The position numbers were made by a program, and so were the translations under genes. Source: Magnetococcales bacterium DCbin4 (lineage in GTDB: Bacteria; Pseudomonadota; Magnetococcia; Magnetococcales; UBA8363). From it: DNA of 64,000 bases. Below are positions 1 through 9,957 of this stretch, piece after piece. Location of the stretch: positions 6,937 through 70,936 of the forward strand of contig PEAN01000010.1 in NCBI GenBank assembly GCA_002753735.1. The letters are read 5' to 3'. The notes beneath the pieces were generated by a model, which was given only the letters and a program-made list of their open reading frames with translations, made no database searches and was not told the origin of the DNA. Numbering within the stretch: the first letter of the stretch is position 1; each line of letters begins with the position of its first letter.

Positions 1-1
1 C

Positions 2-544
2 CGTCTGGCCATGACGGCCCTGGCCTGTCGGGATGTTCCCGAACTGGAGGCATGTGACATTGAAGTCATGCGCCCGACGACCGCCTATACCATCGACACC
101 CTGAGAGATCTTTCCACCCGTCATCCCGATCATGAACCGGTGTTCCTCATGGGCAGCGATCTGGTGGAGGAACTGCATTTATGGAAGTCGTGGCGCCGTC
201 TTCTGGAGGTTGCCCATCTATGCCTGATGTCCCGTCCGGGAACGACCGCCGACATCGATGATGGCAGCCCGACATGGGAATGGTTGCATCGGCATGAGCG
301 GACCGGCGTGAACACACTTTCCCGAGATTCCCAGGGGCATTTTGGGTATCTTCCTTTGCCGATCACCCGTTTGGCCATCAGTTCCTCGGACATCCGCAAC
401 CGGGTTCGTCTGGGGAAATCGATCCGTTTCCTGACTTCGGAACGGGTCATCGACTATATTGACCAGCATGGCTTGTACCGTGGCCATCTGGAACACCAGG
501 ATCAACCGGAGGGATCACCTTCAGGGAGTGAACATGGACAATGA
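2..544 (+). CDS. nadD: nicotinate-nucleotide adenylyltransferase, C-terminal part (5' end outside window)
   Basis: Frame is open to the window edge. Motifs FLMGSDL, ISSSDIRNRV and VIDYIDQHGLY match the NadD C-terminus. It is followed by rsfS and rlmH, the conserved nadD-rsfS-rlmH arrangement. Confidence 0.85.
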   Translation, partial: RLAMTALACRDVPELEACDIEVMRPTTAYTIDTLRDLSTRHPDHEPVFLMGSDLVEELHLWKSWRRLLEVAHLCLMSRPGTTADIDDGSPTWEWLHRHERTGVNTLSRDSQGHFGYLPLPITRLAISSSDIRNRVRLGKSIRFLTSERVIDYIDQHGLYRGHLEHQDQPEGSPSGSEHGQ

Positions 545-905
545 ACGGTTTCTCGATGCACTCAAGCAGGCATTGGATCAAAAAAAGGGAGAGGATATTC
601 AGGTCATCGATCTACGCAATCGGGCCATGTTCGCCGATTTTTTCCTGCTGGCCACCGGGACCTCCCGAACCCATGTCGCCGCCCTGGCCCAGGAAGTGGA
701 CCGGATCGCCACCGTTCATCAGGTTCATGTATTGGGGACCGAAGGATTGAGTGAAGCAAGCTGGGTCTTGCTGGACCTGGGTGACGTGGTCGTTCACCTG
801 TTCCAACGGCAGACCCGGGCATTTTTCAATCTGGAAAAACTTTGGAGTCCACGAACCATGATGTTGACCCATCCCATGCCATCCATTGAGGTTGGTGAGG
901 GATGA
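534..905 (+). CDS. rsfS: ribosomal silencing factor RsfS (iojap-like)
   Basis: GEDIQVIDLR...FADFFLLATGTSRTHVAALAQEV...WVLLDLGDVVVHLF...FFNLEKLW is a typical RsfS sequence. Start chosen at ATG 534 (MDNERF), preceded by GGGAGTG. The ORF-track start at 459 overlaps nadD. Confidence 0.9.
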   Translation: MDNERFLDALKQALDQKKGEDIQVIDLRNRAMFADFFLLATGTSRTHVAALAQEVDRIATVHQVHVLGTEGLSEASWVLLDLGDVVVHLFQRQTRAFFNLEKLWSPRTMMLTHPMPSIEVGEG

Positions 906-1381
906 TGAAGGTGACCATTCTTGCCGTCGGCCGGGGGATGGAACCTGCCATCGCCCATCTGGCCAAGGATTATCAAGGTCGCCTCCGTCGCCTGCTGCCG
1001 GTCGAATTGTTGGAGGTGGCGGAAGAACGCCGACCGCCCGGGCAAGCGGGACGAAAAGAAGAAGCGATGGCGAAGGAAGGGCGGCGTATTGATTCCAGAT
1101 TGCCCGAAGGGGCTTTGGTCGTTCCGTTGGATGGCCGCGGTGAAGCGCTTTCGTCCCTGGATCTGTCCCACCGCCTGCAAAAACTCATGGAAGAGGAGGT
1201 GCGGGAAATCGTGTTCGTCATTGGAGGACCCGATGGACTGGACCCGTCATTACTGGCTGACCGTTCCTGGATTTTTTCCCTGGGACCGATGACCTATCCC
1301 CACATGTTGGTACGGGTTCTCTTGCTGGAACAACTCTACCGTGCCATGAGCATCATCAAGGGGATCCCGTATCATCGTTAA
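902..1381 (+). CDS. rlmH: 23S rRNA (pseudouridine1915-N3)-methyltransferase RlmH
   Basis: MKVTILAVGR...VFVIGGPDGL...SLGPMTYPHMLVRVLLLEQLYRA...GIPYHR is the SPOUT RlmH signature. ATGA overlap with the rsfS stop. Confidence 0.9.
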   Translation: MMKVTILAVGRGMEPAIAHLAKDYQGRLRRLLPVELLEVAEERRPPGQAGRKEEAMAKEGRRIDSRLPEGALVVPLDGRGEALSSLDLSHRLQKLMEEEVREIVFVIGGPDGLDPSLLADRSWIFSLGPMTYPHMLVRVLLLEQLYRAMSIIKGIPYHR

Positions 1382-1470
1382 CCATGAACAACACCCCCTG
1401 AACGTCATGACCCCTTTTATGACCCTGCGATGGAGTCTACATCACAGACGAGCAAGCAATTCCTCCCGAA

Positions 1471-2112
1471 TCATGCCTTGGCACCCATTTTCTTCTTGAG
1501 TTCATCTAAGAAGCGCCTCGCCCAAGGTGACGCAGCACTGATCTTGCCTGGATCTATTATTGCGAGAAGTTTGAACGAATGCTCGCCTTTGCCATAGGGA
1601 GCCTTCGTCTTGCAATTGCCGCTCGCCTTGTCCAATCCATCATAGATCTGGGGCTTTAAAACACCTTCAATCGCATTCGCAGCCGCAGGAAGTAAATGAC
1701 TCTTGAAGCCCTGTCCGAAGAACTCCTTCAGAACATCGCGATCAGCAAGAAACCAACTTTCCATGACCTGCACCATGAGGTGACAATCAGTATCAAGACT
1801 GCCGTTGGGCTTTTCCCAACCATCGCCTTTGCGTTGCTTCAGGTGCTGCCATGGAAGCCACGTCTCGGGTTTCGCCGAATCCGACTGATACTCTGCGGCA
1901 ACAGACTCCTCGCTATCCACAAGCAGCATCGCATCTTCACCATGGCTGATCGCCGTGCAGAAAGACTCGTAGGCGTCTTTGCGGCTGCCACAAGCGACAA
2001 CCCGCGGACGCATGTTCAGTCCAGCATGGGTGATGAACGTCGAGAAACCCTCACGGCATGCTGCCTTAAGGGCAGCGGTATCGCCGCCACCTTCTACGTA
2101 GCGTTTTACCAA
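1471..2112 (-). CDS. DUF4276-like protein, putative TOPRIM-related partner of the upstream ATPase
   Basis: 213 aa. N-terminal YVEGGGD and later MLLVDSEE acidic motifs resemble a TOPRIM-style Glu plus DxD/E pair. The start overlaps the stop of the ATPase gene by 7 nt. Confidence 0.6.
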   Translation of the reverse strand: MVKRYVEGGGDTAALKAACREGFSTFITHAGLNMRPRVVACGSRKDAYESFCTAISHGEDAMLLVDSEESVAAEYQSDSAKPETWLPWQHLKQRKGDGWEKPNGSLDTDCHLMVQVMESWFLADRDVLKEFFGQGFKSHLLPAAANAIEGVLKPQIYDGLDKASGNCKTKAPYGKGEHSFKLLAIIDPGKISAASPWARRFLDELKKKMGAKA

Positions 2113-3281
2113 CGGACCCCCCCGATCTCACCTCGCGACCATAACTGCCCAAGGCGATATTTTTCAAGCCACGGTTTCAGTTTTTCGGCGTCCAGGCGTT
2201 CGAGCGTCGTACCGTTCTCAGTACGTCCAGCAACCAATATGGCTTCAGGCATGTCCGTCATCGCATCCACCAGGACATCGGAATGGGTCGTGACAATGAG
2301 TTGGGTTCGCTCGGAAGCTTTTTTCAAAAGCTGCGCCAAAGTCGGCAGAACATCGGGGTGCAGGCCAAGCTCCGGCTCCTCGATGCACACCAGAGGTCCC
2401 GGATTGGGGTGACAGAGGATCGCCAACAAACAAAGGTAGCGCAGTGTGCCATCTGAGAGACGGGTCGCAGGGATGGCATTGCGCCCCTCGTGGAAGAACA
2501 CTTGCACCGTTCCGCCTTCGATCTGGACATCAAAGTCATCGATACCGTCATACAAGATACGTAAAGCCTCCAACAACCGCTTCTTGACGACAGGTTCTCT
2601 GCGTAGGCGATTCAGAACCAAGCCGAAGTTGCTTGCATCGAGTTCCAAGTACTCGTTAGGTAAATCTGCCTTTTGTGGAAGGCGCTGCACCGTGTTGCGA
2701 CCGAAGTTCCATTCTCGATACAGCCGGAACTTGCTGAAGGTATTGCCCAAATAGGTCAGTTCCGGATACTGGTCCGGATCCTTGCGTTGCGACAAGATGG
2801 ATGCCGTGGGTTCGATCTCTTCATGTTGCAAGCGACGCTGCTGACCCTTGATGTTCAATACACCATGGCCATTTTCAAATCGGTAGTAGAAATACGGGCG
2901 AGCATGGCCATCATCCGTTTTTTCATTTTCGACATATTCATCAATGATTTCAAAACGCTGCCCGACCTCTGAAAAACTCAGGACATAACGGAGATCAACC
3001 GACCCCTTGGGATTGTCGAATACGGCATTGATCTTGGCGACGGGGATTTTGGCCGCGCCCTTCCAAAGCCAGTCTCGTACACCACCACCATCGCGAATAG
3101 CGGCGAGCAGATTGGATTTTTCCGAGGTGCTTGGGGCGGATCGAATGAGATCAATCGCTTCAATCAGATTGGATTTGCCCGATCCATTGGGCCCAATCAC
3201 AACGTTAAGCTGCCTCAGTTCGATGGGTGACGACGTCTCTCCAAAACTCAAAAAATTTTCGAGATGAATCGATTTAAGCAT
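2106..3281 (-). CDS. SMC/ABC-type AAA ATPase (AAA_21/AAA_15-like)
   Basis: MLKSIHLENFLSFGE, Walker A GPNGSGKSN, signature-like LSDGTLRYL, Walker B LVCIEEPELGLHP, H-loop TTHS. Start trimmed to the ATGATG at 3284/3281. Confidence 0.8.
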   Translation of the reverse strand: MLKSIHLENFLSFGETSSPIELRQLNVVIGPNGSGKSNLIEAIDLIRSAPSTSEKSNLLAAIRDGGGVRDWLWKGAAKIPVAKINAVFDNPKGSVDLRYVLSFSEVGQRFEIIDEYVENEKTDDGHARPYFYYRFENGHGVLNIKGQQRRLQHEEIEPTASILSQRKDPDQYPELTYLGNTFSKFRLYREWNFGRNTVQRLPQKADLPNEYLELDASNFGLVLNRLRREPVVKKRLLEALRILYDGIDDFDVQIEGGTVQVFFHEGRNAIPATRLSDGTLRYLCLLAILCHPNPGPLVCIEEPELGLHPDVLPTLAQLLKKASERTQLIVTTHSDVLVDAMTDMPEAILVAGRTENGTTLERLDAEKLKPWLEKYRLGQLWSRGEIGGVRW

Positions 3282-3438
3282 CATGACGACACCCATTGAA
3301 TCGATTACGAACCGAAATCCCCGCTGAGACGAATTCAGGGGGATTGGACCGGGCAGCGATTTCATAACCGAAACGCCCCAGATCAGATCGCGTTGATCTG
3401 TCTTCAGCAAGGGGGCACCCACTGGGACAGTTCATGAT

Positions 3439-4488
3439 CTAATGATGACGATCCACGGAGAACGTCGCCAACCGGATCAGGGCATCGCGTTCGCGTGAGG
3501 CGGGAAAACAGTCCGCTGCCTCCACCGCAGCCTCCGCCAGACTGCGCGCACGCGCCATGGCATAATCCAGGGAACCTCGTTGGCGCACCAGATCAATGGC
3601 CCGTTCCAGGCTTCCCTCGGGTTGATCTTTGGCTTCGATGCAACGGGTCCAAAAACGACGTTCTTCCTCGGAGCCATGATGAAAAGCATGGATCAAAGGA
3701 AGCGTGATCTTGCCTTCCTGGAAATCATCACCAATCCCCTTGCCCAGGGTTTCCCGGGTGGCGGAATAGTCCAGGGTATCATCCACCACCTGGTAGGCCT
3801 GTCCCAGAAGCAAACCATAGCGCGCAAGACGCTCTTCCTCGTCAACGGAACGATGATTCAACACGGCACCGATGCGGGCGGCGGCGGCGAATAATGTGGC
3901 GGTTTTTCTGGAAACCACTTCCATATATTGGGATTCGCTGGTCTCCAGATTGTTGCTGACCAACAATTGCATCACCTCTCCTTCCGAAATGACGGCACAG
4001 GCATCGGCGATGATTTCAAGCACACGCAGATCGCCATGCTCCACCAACATTTGGAAGGCACGGGAAAAAAGGAAATCACCAACGAGTACTGGAGCTTTGC
4101 TGCCCCAAACGGCATTGGCGGTCTGCCGCCCGCGCCGGGTGAGGGATTCATCCACCACATCATCGTGCAACAAAGTGGCGGTGTGAATGAATTCGACAAC
4201 CGCAGCCAGGGTGTAATGCTGTTCCCCCCGATAGCCAAACATGCGGGTTGCCAAAAGCGTCAGGATGGGCCGGAGCCGCTTGCCGCCACTGTTGATCAGG
4301 TGGGAACCCAGTTCGGGAATCAACGGCACCTGGGAATCAAGCCGATCAAGAATGACACGGTTGGTTTCCTTCAGGTCGGACCCGATGATGTCATGGAGAT
4401 AGTCAAGCACCGACTGGTCCCGTTCGCGAACCGACCGGTCCTGATGCGGGGATGCTTCCCGGGTCTGAGGCTGGACGAAGGCATCCAT
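3439..4488 (-). CDS. ispB: polyprenyl (octaprenyl) diphosphate synthase
   Basis: First DDxxD region LLHDDVVDESLTRRG and second motif YQVVDDTLDY. Overall trans-IPPS layout, 349 aa. Confidence 0.85.
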   Translation of the reverse strand: MDAFVQPQTREASPHQDRSVRERDQSVLDYLHDIIGSDLKETNRVILDRLDSQVPLIPELGSHLINSGGKRLRPILTLLATRMFGYRGEQHYTLAAVVEFIHTATLLHDDVVDESLTRRGRQTANAVWGSKAPVLVGDFLFSRAFQMLVEHGDLRVLEIIADACAVISEGEVMQLLVSNNLETSESQYMEVVSRKTATLFAAAARIGAVLNHRSVDEEERLARYGLLLGQAYQVVDDTLDYSATRETLGKGIGDDFQEGKITLPLIHAFHHGSEEERRFWTRCIEAKDQPEGSLERAIDLVRQRGSLDYAMARARSLAEAAVEAADCFPASRERDALIRLATFSVDRHH

Positions 4489-4787
4489 CTAGGAAAAAGT
4501 CCGTGAGGCAGTTTTCATCATTAATATTAAAAGAATTCTGTTCCAGCGACCACGTTATTTGAATGCGCGCATTCGGCTTGAAAGGCGGAGATTAAGTCCT
4601 GGTCAGCGTGTCGTCAAGTGTTCATTCATTCATCCGTCCCCATTAACCCAAAAAACATTCCCGACCATCCCCACCCCATGGCGCCCCCCTCAGGATTGAC
4701 GGATGAAAGAACCTGTGGTGAAATGAGGTCCATGACCTTGAGCCCGCGCCAATTTTGTTGCAATCCCCTGGACCGTTTGGAGTGTCT

Positions 4788-5420
4788 ATGATTTTGCCAC
4801 CGTTGCGCCCCCCGGGGTTGGAACAGATCGGACCCTTGCGGCTGGCGTCCGCCTCGCCCAGACGGTTGGAATTATTGCGCCAACTGGGTTTGGAACCGGA
4901 GGTCTTCCCACTGGACCTGGATGAAACACGACGCCCGGGAGAAACACCGTACGATTATTGCGTACGCATGGCCCAAACCAAGGCTGAAAAGGGATTTGCC
5001 CCGGGGATCATGGCCTGTCTCGGGGCAGATACCGTCGTCACGAAGGATGGCCGGGTTTTCGGCAAACCGGAACATGCCGCCCGGGCACGACAAACCCTCA
5101 ATGAGCTGGCGGGAGGCAGCCATCAAGTGTTGACCGCCGTGACGGTGGCCGCCGGCGCCCGACCGCACCTGCGTACCCGGGTCTCGACAACCGATGTCTG
5201 GATGAAAAAAGCGACCACCCGGGAACTCGATGCCTACATCGCCACCGGTGAGCCGATGGACAAGGCGGGCGCTTATGGCATACAAGGTCTGGGTGCCTTT
5301 CTGATCGAGCGAATCCATGGGTCCTATACCGGAGTCGTCGGACTGCCCTTGTTTGAAACCGTGGCTCTTTTACAGTGGGCAAAAAACCTGTATCTTGAAG
5401 GGAGCAATATTGCTGCCTGA
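4788..5420 (+). CDS. maf: Maf-like nucleoside triphosphate pyrophosphatase
   Basis: LRLASASPRRLELLRQLG, GADTVV, DKAGAYGIQG and GLPL motifs. ATG 4788 is preceded by GGAG. The track start at 4755 is a TTG. Confidence 0.85.
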   Translation: MILPPLRPPGLEQIGPLRLASASPRRLELLRQLGLEPEVFPLDLDETRRPGETPYDYCVRMAQTKAEKGFAPGIMACLGADTVVTKDGRVFGKPEHAARARQTLNELAGGSHQVLTAVTVAAGARPHLRTRVSTTDVWMKKATTRELDAYIATGEPMDKAGAYGIQGLGAFLIERIHGSYTGVVGLPLFETVALLQWAKNLYLEGSNIAA

Positions 5421-5461
5421 CTGACACCCCATGACCGCCATTTCCCAACCTTGGAGTCGTT

Positions 5462-6301
5462 GTGATTCAATCCTTGAAACGCACCTTGCGACCCCTCCTG
5501 GAACGATTGGGTTTATTGACCCCCTATGATCCCCCCAATTATCGCGCCGTGATGTTTGCAGCGTTGACACGCCTGAAACCTTCGCTTCAGGGACAGCGGG
5601 TTTTAGAAATCGGACCCAAGGATGGCAAGGATTCCGAACGGTTGGCCTCACTGCAACCCGAAACCCTGGTGTTGATGGACATCCCCGCCAACTTCACCCG
5701 GAATATCACCTCCAACGCCATCACTCCCAGAGAACACATCCCTTCATGGTTTCACCGCCTCCAACTGCCGGGCAAATCCTACAAGGAGGGCAACATCCTA
5801 TACCTGCCCCCCCGGGAACTCGATGCTCTGGGTCAGTTCGACCTGATCTGGTGTACCGGCGTGCTGTACCACAATCCGGAACCTTTGCGGTTCATCAAAC
5901 GTCTATTCAATCTGTTGCGCCCAGGCGGGTTGTTGATCCTTGAAACCTCCCTGACGCGACATCCGGTCCTGAAAAATTTCAACTGCGTTGAACTTCTGTG
6001 GCCAAAATCACAACAGTGTCTCCGATTGGGTGATGATGACAATACGCTGATTCCCAGCCTGGTCACCCCTGACGCCCGACAATCGCTGTCGATTCAAAGC
6101 AATGTTTCCCATCTCCCTTCCCGTCTGGCAGTGTTGAGCTGGTTGGAAATGACCGGATTCCAAGACATCATGGAAATTCCCATCCCCATTCCCGACCAGA
6201 CGAGGCTTGGATTGTCGGCCAGGAAAGAGACCTTTTCCGGTTATACCTACAGCAATCGTGGACCAACACCCTCACCCTACGGCATCGGAGATTCGTTATG
6301 A
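5462..6301 (+). CDS. class I SAM-dependent methyltransferase (DUF1698/CmoB-like)
   Basis: VLEIGPKDGKDSERL plus DLIWCTGVLYHNPEPLRFIKRLFNLLRPGGLLILET, a methyltransferase post-I/II pattern. GTG start. Confidence 0.6.
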   Translation: MIQSLKRTLRPLLERLGLLTPYDPPNYRAVMFAALTRLKPSLQGQRVLEIGPKDGKDSERLASLQPETLVLMDIPANFTRNITSNAITPREHIPSWFHRLQLPGKSYKEGNILYLPPRELDALGQFDLIWCTGVLYHNPEPLRFIKRLFNLLRPGGLLILETSLTRHPVLKNFNCVELLWPKSQQCLRLGDDDNTLIPSLVTPDARQSLSIQSNVSHLPSRLAVLSWLEMTGFQDIMEIPIPIPDQTRLGLSARKETFSGYTYSNRGPTPSPYGIGDSL

Positions 6302-6348
6302 TCCCGCGCCCCAAGAGATTCGGCATCCAGACCTTGGAGTAACGTCAC

Positions 6349-7749
6349 ATGCCCGGGCAGTTGTTCGCAGAAAAGGGTGCGACGGGAACAGGCCCGCTGC
6401 AATTGAAACCCCTTTGGATCATCCTCCTGAGCCTCTGGGCATTCCTGTTGGCCAGCGGTTGTGGTGGTGGTGACCGCACCAAGGATACCACCAGCAGTGA
6501 TTCCCCCACGTCCTCTTCGACCTCCTCGACCGCATCAACCTCATCCACCTGGTCCATCGCGGAAAAGAATGATTTCGTCCTGAGCCGCATGCGTGAATGG
6601 TATCTGTGGTACGATCAAATCCCCAGCAATCTCAACAGCAATAACTATTCTTCACCGGAAGCGGTGTTGGAAGCGGCAAGATACAAAGTCAAGGACCAAT
6701 GGAGTTATATCGCATCCCTGCAAGAGATCACTGCACAACTGTCCACGGGTGAATTCACCGGCATCGGAATCCGTACTTATCTGGATGATTCGATCAAACT
6801 TTGGGTCCGTCAGGTATTTCCCTCCTCACCCGCATCCACGGCTGGAATTCTCCGGGGAGATCGCATCTTAGGCATCAATGGCCGTACCGTCGAACAGATT
6901 CAGGCCGATAACGCTTGGGATCAGGCATTTGGCGCTGATTCCCCCGGAGTCACCATCACGCTGAACCTGTTGCGCTCGGGGGCGACCAAACTTGACATCA
7001 AGGTTACCAAAGCGACCTTTTTCGTCAACCCGGTTTATACCAGCAAGGTCATCCAGCAAGGCAGTACCAAAATCGCTTATCTGGCCTTTGATGCCTTCAC
7101 CAATGCCGCCTATCCCTCCATGCTCGATGCCTTCAATGATTTCAAAACCTCTGGCGTCACGGAAATGGTATTGGATCTGCGCTACAACTCCGGCGGGCTG
7201 GTTGACATTGCCGCCTATCTGTCCAGCCTGATGCGAGACGCCTCGGACAAGGATACCTTTGCAATTTTGAGCTATAATAATCGCCATACCTCCTCCAATC
7301 AGACCTTGAACTATACCCGGATGTCCTCCGATCTGAATCTTTCACGCATCTTTGTAATCACCACTTCAGCCACCTGCTCGGCCAGCGAAATGGTCATTCA
7401 GGGGTTGAAACCCTTCATTACCGTCGTGACCGTTGGTTCGACCACCTGTGGCAAACCGGTGGGGATGGATCTGGTTCCTTTCGATGATTTGGTTTTGGCT
7501 GCAATCACGTTCAGAATCACAAACGTCAACGGCGAGACCGATTATTTTGATGGCCTATCCCCCTCCTGTGCCGCCACCGATGATCTTTCACATGATTTGG
7601 GTGACACCAGTGAATCCTCACTGGCGGCTGCCTTGTCCTTTATTGCCCGTGGCAGCTGTCCTTCATCGACCAAACGCCTGCTGCCCAGGAATACCATGAC
7701 GGCCCTGCCACGCAGACTCCCCGATATGGGATGGGACGGCATGTGGTAG
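6349..7749 (+). CDS. S41-family peptidase lipoprotein with PDZ domain
   Basis: Lipobox LLASGC. Ser/Thr-rich linker. PDZ-like GIGIR...VRQVFPSSPASTAGILRGDRILGINGRTV. S41 core LDLRYNSGGL and TSATCSASEMV. Confidence 0.75.
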   Translation: MPGQLFAEKGATGTGPLQLKPLWIILLSLWAFLLASGCGGGDRTKDTTSSDSPTSSSTSSTASTSSTWSIAEKNDFVLSRMREWYLWYDQIPSNLNSNNYSSPEAVLEAARYKVKDQWSYIASLQEITAQLSTGEFTGIGIRTYLDDSIKLWVRQVFPSSPASTAGILRGDRILGINGRTVEQIQADNAWDQAFGADSPGVTITLNLLRSGATKLDIKVTKATFFVNPVYTSKVIQQGSTKIAYLAFDAFTNAAYPSMLDAFNDFKTSGVTEMVLDLRYNSGGLVDIAAYLSSLMRDASDKDTFAILSYNNRHTSSNQTLNYTRMSSDLNLSRIFVITTSATCSASEMVIQGLKPFITVVTVGSTTCGKPVGMDLVPFDDLVLAAITFRITNVNGETDYFDGLSPSCAATDDLSHDLGDTSESSLAAALSFIARGSCPSSTKRLLPRNTMTALPRRLPDMGWDGMW

Positions 7750-7804
7750 CAATGCATGGTAATTGCCATGGAAGTTTGGCAATCTTTTAAATCGCCTATA
7801 TATA

Positions 7805-7876
7805 ACAATATTATTGTGTTGTTAACACAATACAATCTCTTGAGATTAATTGTATTAATTCTATATTAATACAATT
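7805..7876. promoter_or_regulatory. cluster of inverted repeats (candidate operators) upstream of the MCP gene
   Basis: ACAATA-T-TATTGT (7805-7817). ATTGTGTT-GTT-AACACAAT (7813-7831). AATCTC-TT-GAGATT (7834-7847). Perfect 12-bp dyad AATTGTATTAAT-5nt-ATTAATACAATT (7848-7876). All lie in a very AT-rich spacer. Confidence 0.45.
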
Positions 7877-8017
7877 CATGGAGAAATATTGAAGTATAAA
7901 TGTCTGGCGAGCAGTAAATAATCATGGTAGATTTATTTCATGTGGTGATAAAAATTTCAACCGACGCAATGTACCACTTCCATTTTTTTAACACAAAAAA
8001 AACGGAGATTATCAACG

Positions 8018-9778
8018 ATGGCAAGCATGCTCCGAAAAATGCGTTTCCGCACTTTGATTATTCTTGTGTTCACCATTTCATACAGCGTCTTAGATCGGGT
8101 GATCAGTCTGAATTTTCGCGCCATCGGCGAAGTCAGGGACATGGGCCGACAATTACATAATGGCCCGATCAAACAACAGATTTTTTGGCAGGATATCGTC
8201 TTGGGTGTGCAAAAGGCGGAAGGGTTACGGCACCAATTCAGGCTGGACCACCATGCTGAAACGGTGCAACAGATGGAACAACTGGTAACAGAAATCAAAG
8301 GATCCTTGAGCACGCAGGGTAGCAAAGGTGACCAGAATGCATTTTTCGTGATGGTTGAATTGGATCAATATCACAAAGAATTCCTCGAACTGGTCGAAAC
8401 CCGAACTCAGTTGGACCAGTCCCGGGCGCAACTGGTCAAGAAACGGGAAGGGGTGGAAACCCTCATCTATGAAGCGGACAACGCTGGACTGGAAAAAGCG
8501 TTGGAAGAATTCATCATTGTCGAAATGACCTTTTTTACCGAGACCTCTTCTGGAGCCAAGATCAAAGGGGTACGGGTCATGCTGGATCGGCTGGATCGAG
8601 ACGGGGCTTCGATCAAAGATGAAAAGACCCGGTCTGGCCTGACCCGGGCGGTATCAGAATATCGAAAAGAATTCAATGCGCTTCTTGATTTTCAGGGACA
8701 AATGGCAAGCCGTTCCGAAGCCTTGCGCGACAGTGCCCAGCAGATGGTGAAAGATGTCAATGCAAGCACGGAACAGTCGCGCAACGAGGCGGAAACCGCA
8801 GCTCAGGCAGCCGACCAAATGGCACAGGATGCCCGCATGACCGCGTTGCTTTGGACATCCATCGGCATTGTCATCTCATTGCTGATGGCCGTGGGATTCG
8901 AACGCCGGATCAATCATCAGTTGGGTAGTGACCCGATTGAACTCGTGAATATTGTTCGTAACGTTGCGGATGGCAACCTGGTGGATGCGGTCAACAACAC
9001 CTGTGAAGGAACATCGGGTGTGATGTGCGATCTGCGGGGCATGTCGGTGCATTTGCGCTCGACGGTCACCGAAGTATTGGAAATCGCCCGGGGTGTGGAT
9101 GAGGGAGCCCAGGAAATGACAACCAACACCCGTATTCTGACCGATGGTGCCGTTGCCCAGGCCACGGCGATTGAACAGACTTCGGCAAGCATGGAAGAGA
9201 TCACGACCCTGGTCCGTTCCAACAGTGAAAGTGCCCGGCAGACGGAAGAAAAGGCCAATCAGGCAGCAACCGAGGCCCAGGAAAGTGGGACTGCGGTCAG
9301 TCGGGCGGTCAATGCCATGCGCGACATTGCCGGACGGGTGACGATCATCCAGGAAATCGCCCGCATGACCAACTTGTTGGCCTTGAATGCCGCCATTGAA
9401 GCGGCGCGGGCGGGAGAGCATGGGCGAGGATTTGCAGTCGTTTCATCCGAAGTGCGCAAACTGGCACAACGCAGTCAGGTGGCGGCGGGTGAAATCGATG
9501 CCTTGGCCAATTCAAGCCTTCAGGTGGCTGAGGATGCGGGTAATCGGATCCAAAGACTCTTGCCCACCATTCTTGAAACGGCCGAACAGGTTCGCTCCAT
9601 TGCTGCGGCGGGAAACAATCAGGAATCACATATTGGCCAAATCGATCAAGGGATCAAAAAGTTGGAGGCTGTGATCATGGCAAATCGTGAAGCGACTGAA
9701 CGAATTGCCTCCACAGCGGAGCTTCTTTCACAAAAGGCGGCACAACTCCCTGAAGAGTTGTCATTCTTCCGGGTTTGA
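8018..9778 (+). CDS. methyl-accepting chemotaxis protein
   Basis: N-terminal TM helix, roughly 250-aa periplasmic region, second TM ([18 protein letters not shown]), HAMP. Signalling hairpin [34 protein letters not shown]. Confidence 0.9.
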   Translation: MASMLRKMRFRTLIILVFTISYSVLDRVISLNFRAIGEVRDMGRQLHNGPIKQQIFWQDIVLGVQKAEGLRHQFRLDHHAETVQQMEQLVTEIKGSLSTQGSKGDQNAFFVMVELDQYHKEFLELVETRTQLDQSRAQLVKKREGVETLIYEADNAGLEKALEEFIIVEMTFFTETSSGAKIKGVRVMLDRLDRDGASIKDEKTRSGLTRAVSEYRKEFNALLDFQGQMASRSEALRDSAQQMVKDVNASTEQSRNEAETAAQAADQMAQDARMTALLWTSIGIVISLLMAVGFERRINHQLGSDPIELVNIVRNVADGNLVDAVNNTCEGTSGVMCDLRGMSVHLRSTVTEVLEIARGVDEGAQEMTTNTRILTDGAVAQATAIEQTSASMEEITTLVRSNSESARQTEEKANQAATEAQESGTAVSRAVNAMRDIAGRVTIIQEIARMTNLLALNAAIEAARAGEHGRGFAVVSSEVRKLAQRSQVAAGEIDALANSSLQVAEDAGNRIQRLLPTILETAEQVRSIAAAGNNQESHIGQIDQGIKKLEAVIMANREATERIASTAELLSQKAAQLPEELSFFRV

Positions 9779-9925
9779 ACCCTGTTCAAAAAATAAGGCT
9801 CTTCCAGCGTTAGATGTGGTTGAATTGTGGAACCATTGCAAAACAGTCACTTTTTCTACTTTATCACATTCATTGATCAGGGATTATTGACAAAGTAGAA
9901 TTACAAAGCGTGAGGCATGACCAAA

Positions 9926-9945
9926 TGCGGCCCCGAAGGGCCGCA
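9926..9945 (-). terminator. GC-rich hairpin just downstream of the G/W-rich protein gene
   Basis: TGCGGCCC-cgaa-GGGCCGCA, a perfect 8-bp stem 13 nt after the stop at 9958. Only a weak T tract follows on the minus strand. Confidence 0.4.
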
Positions 9946-9957
9946 CGGTAAGACCTG

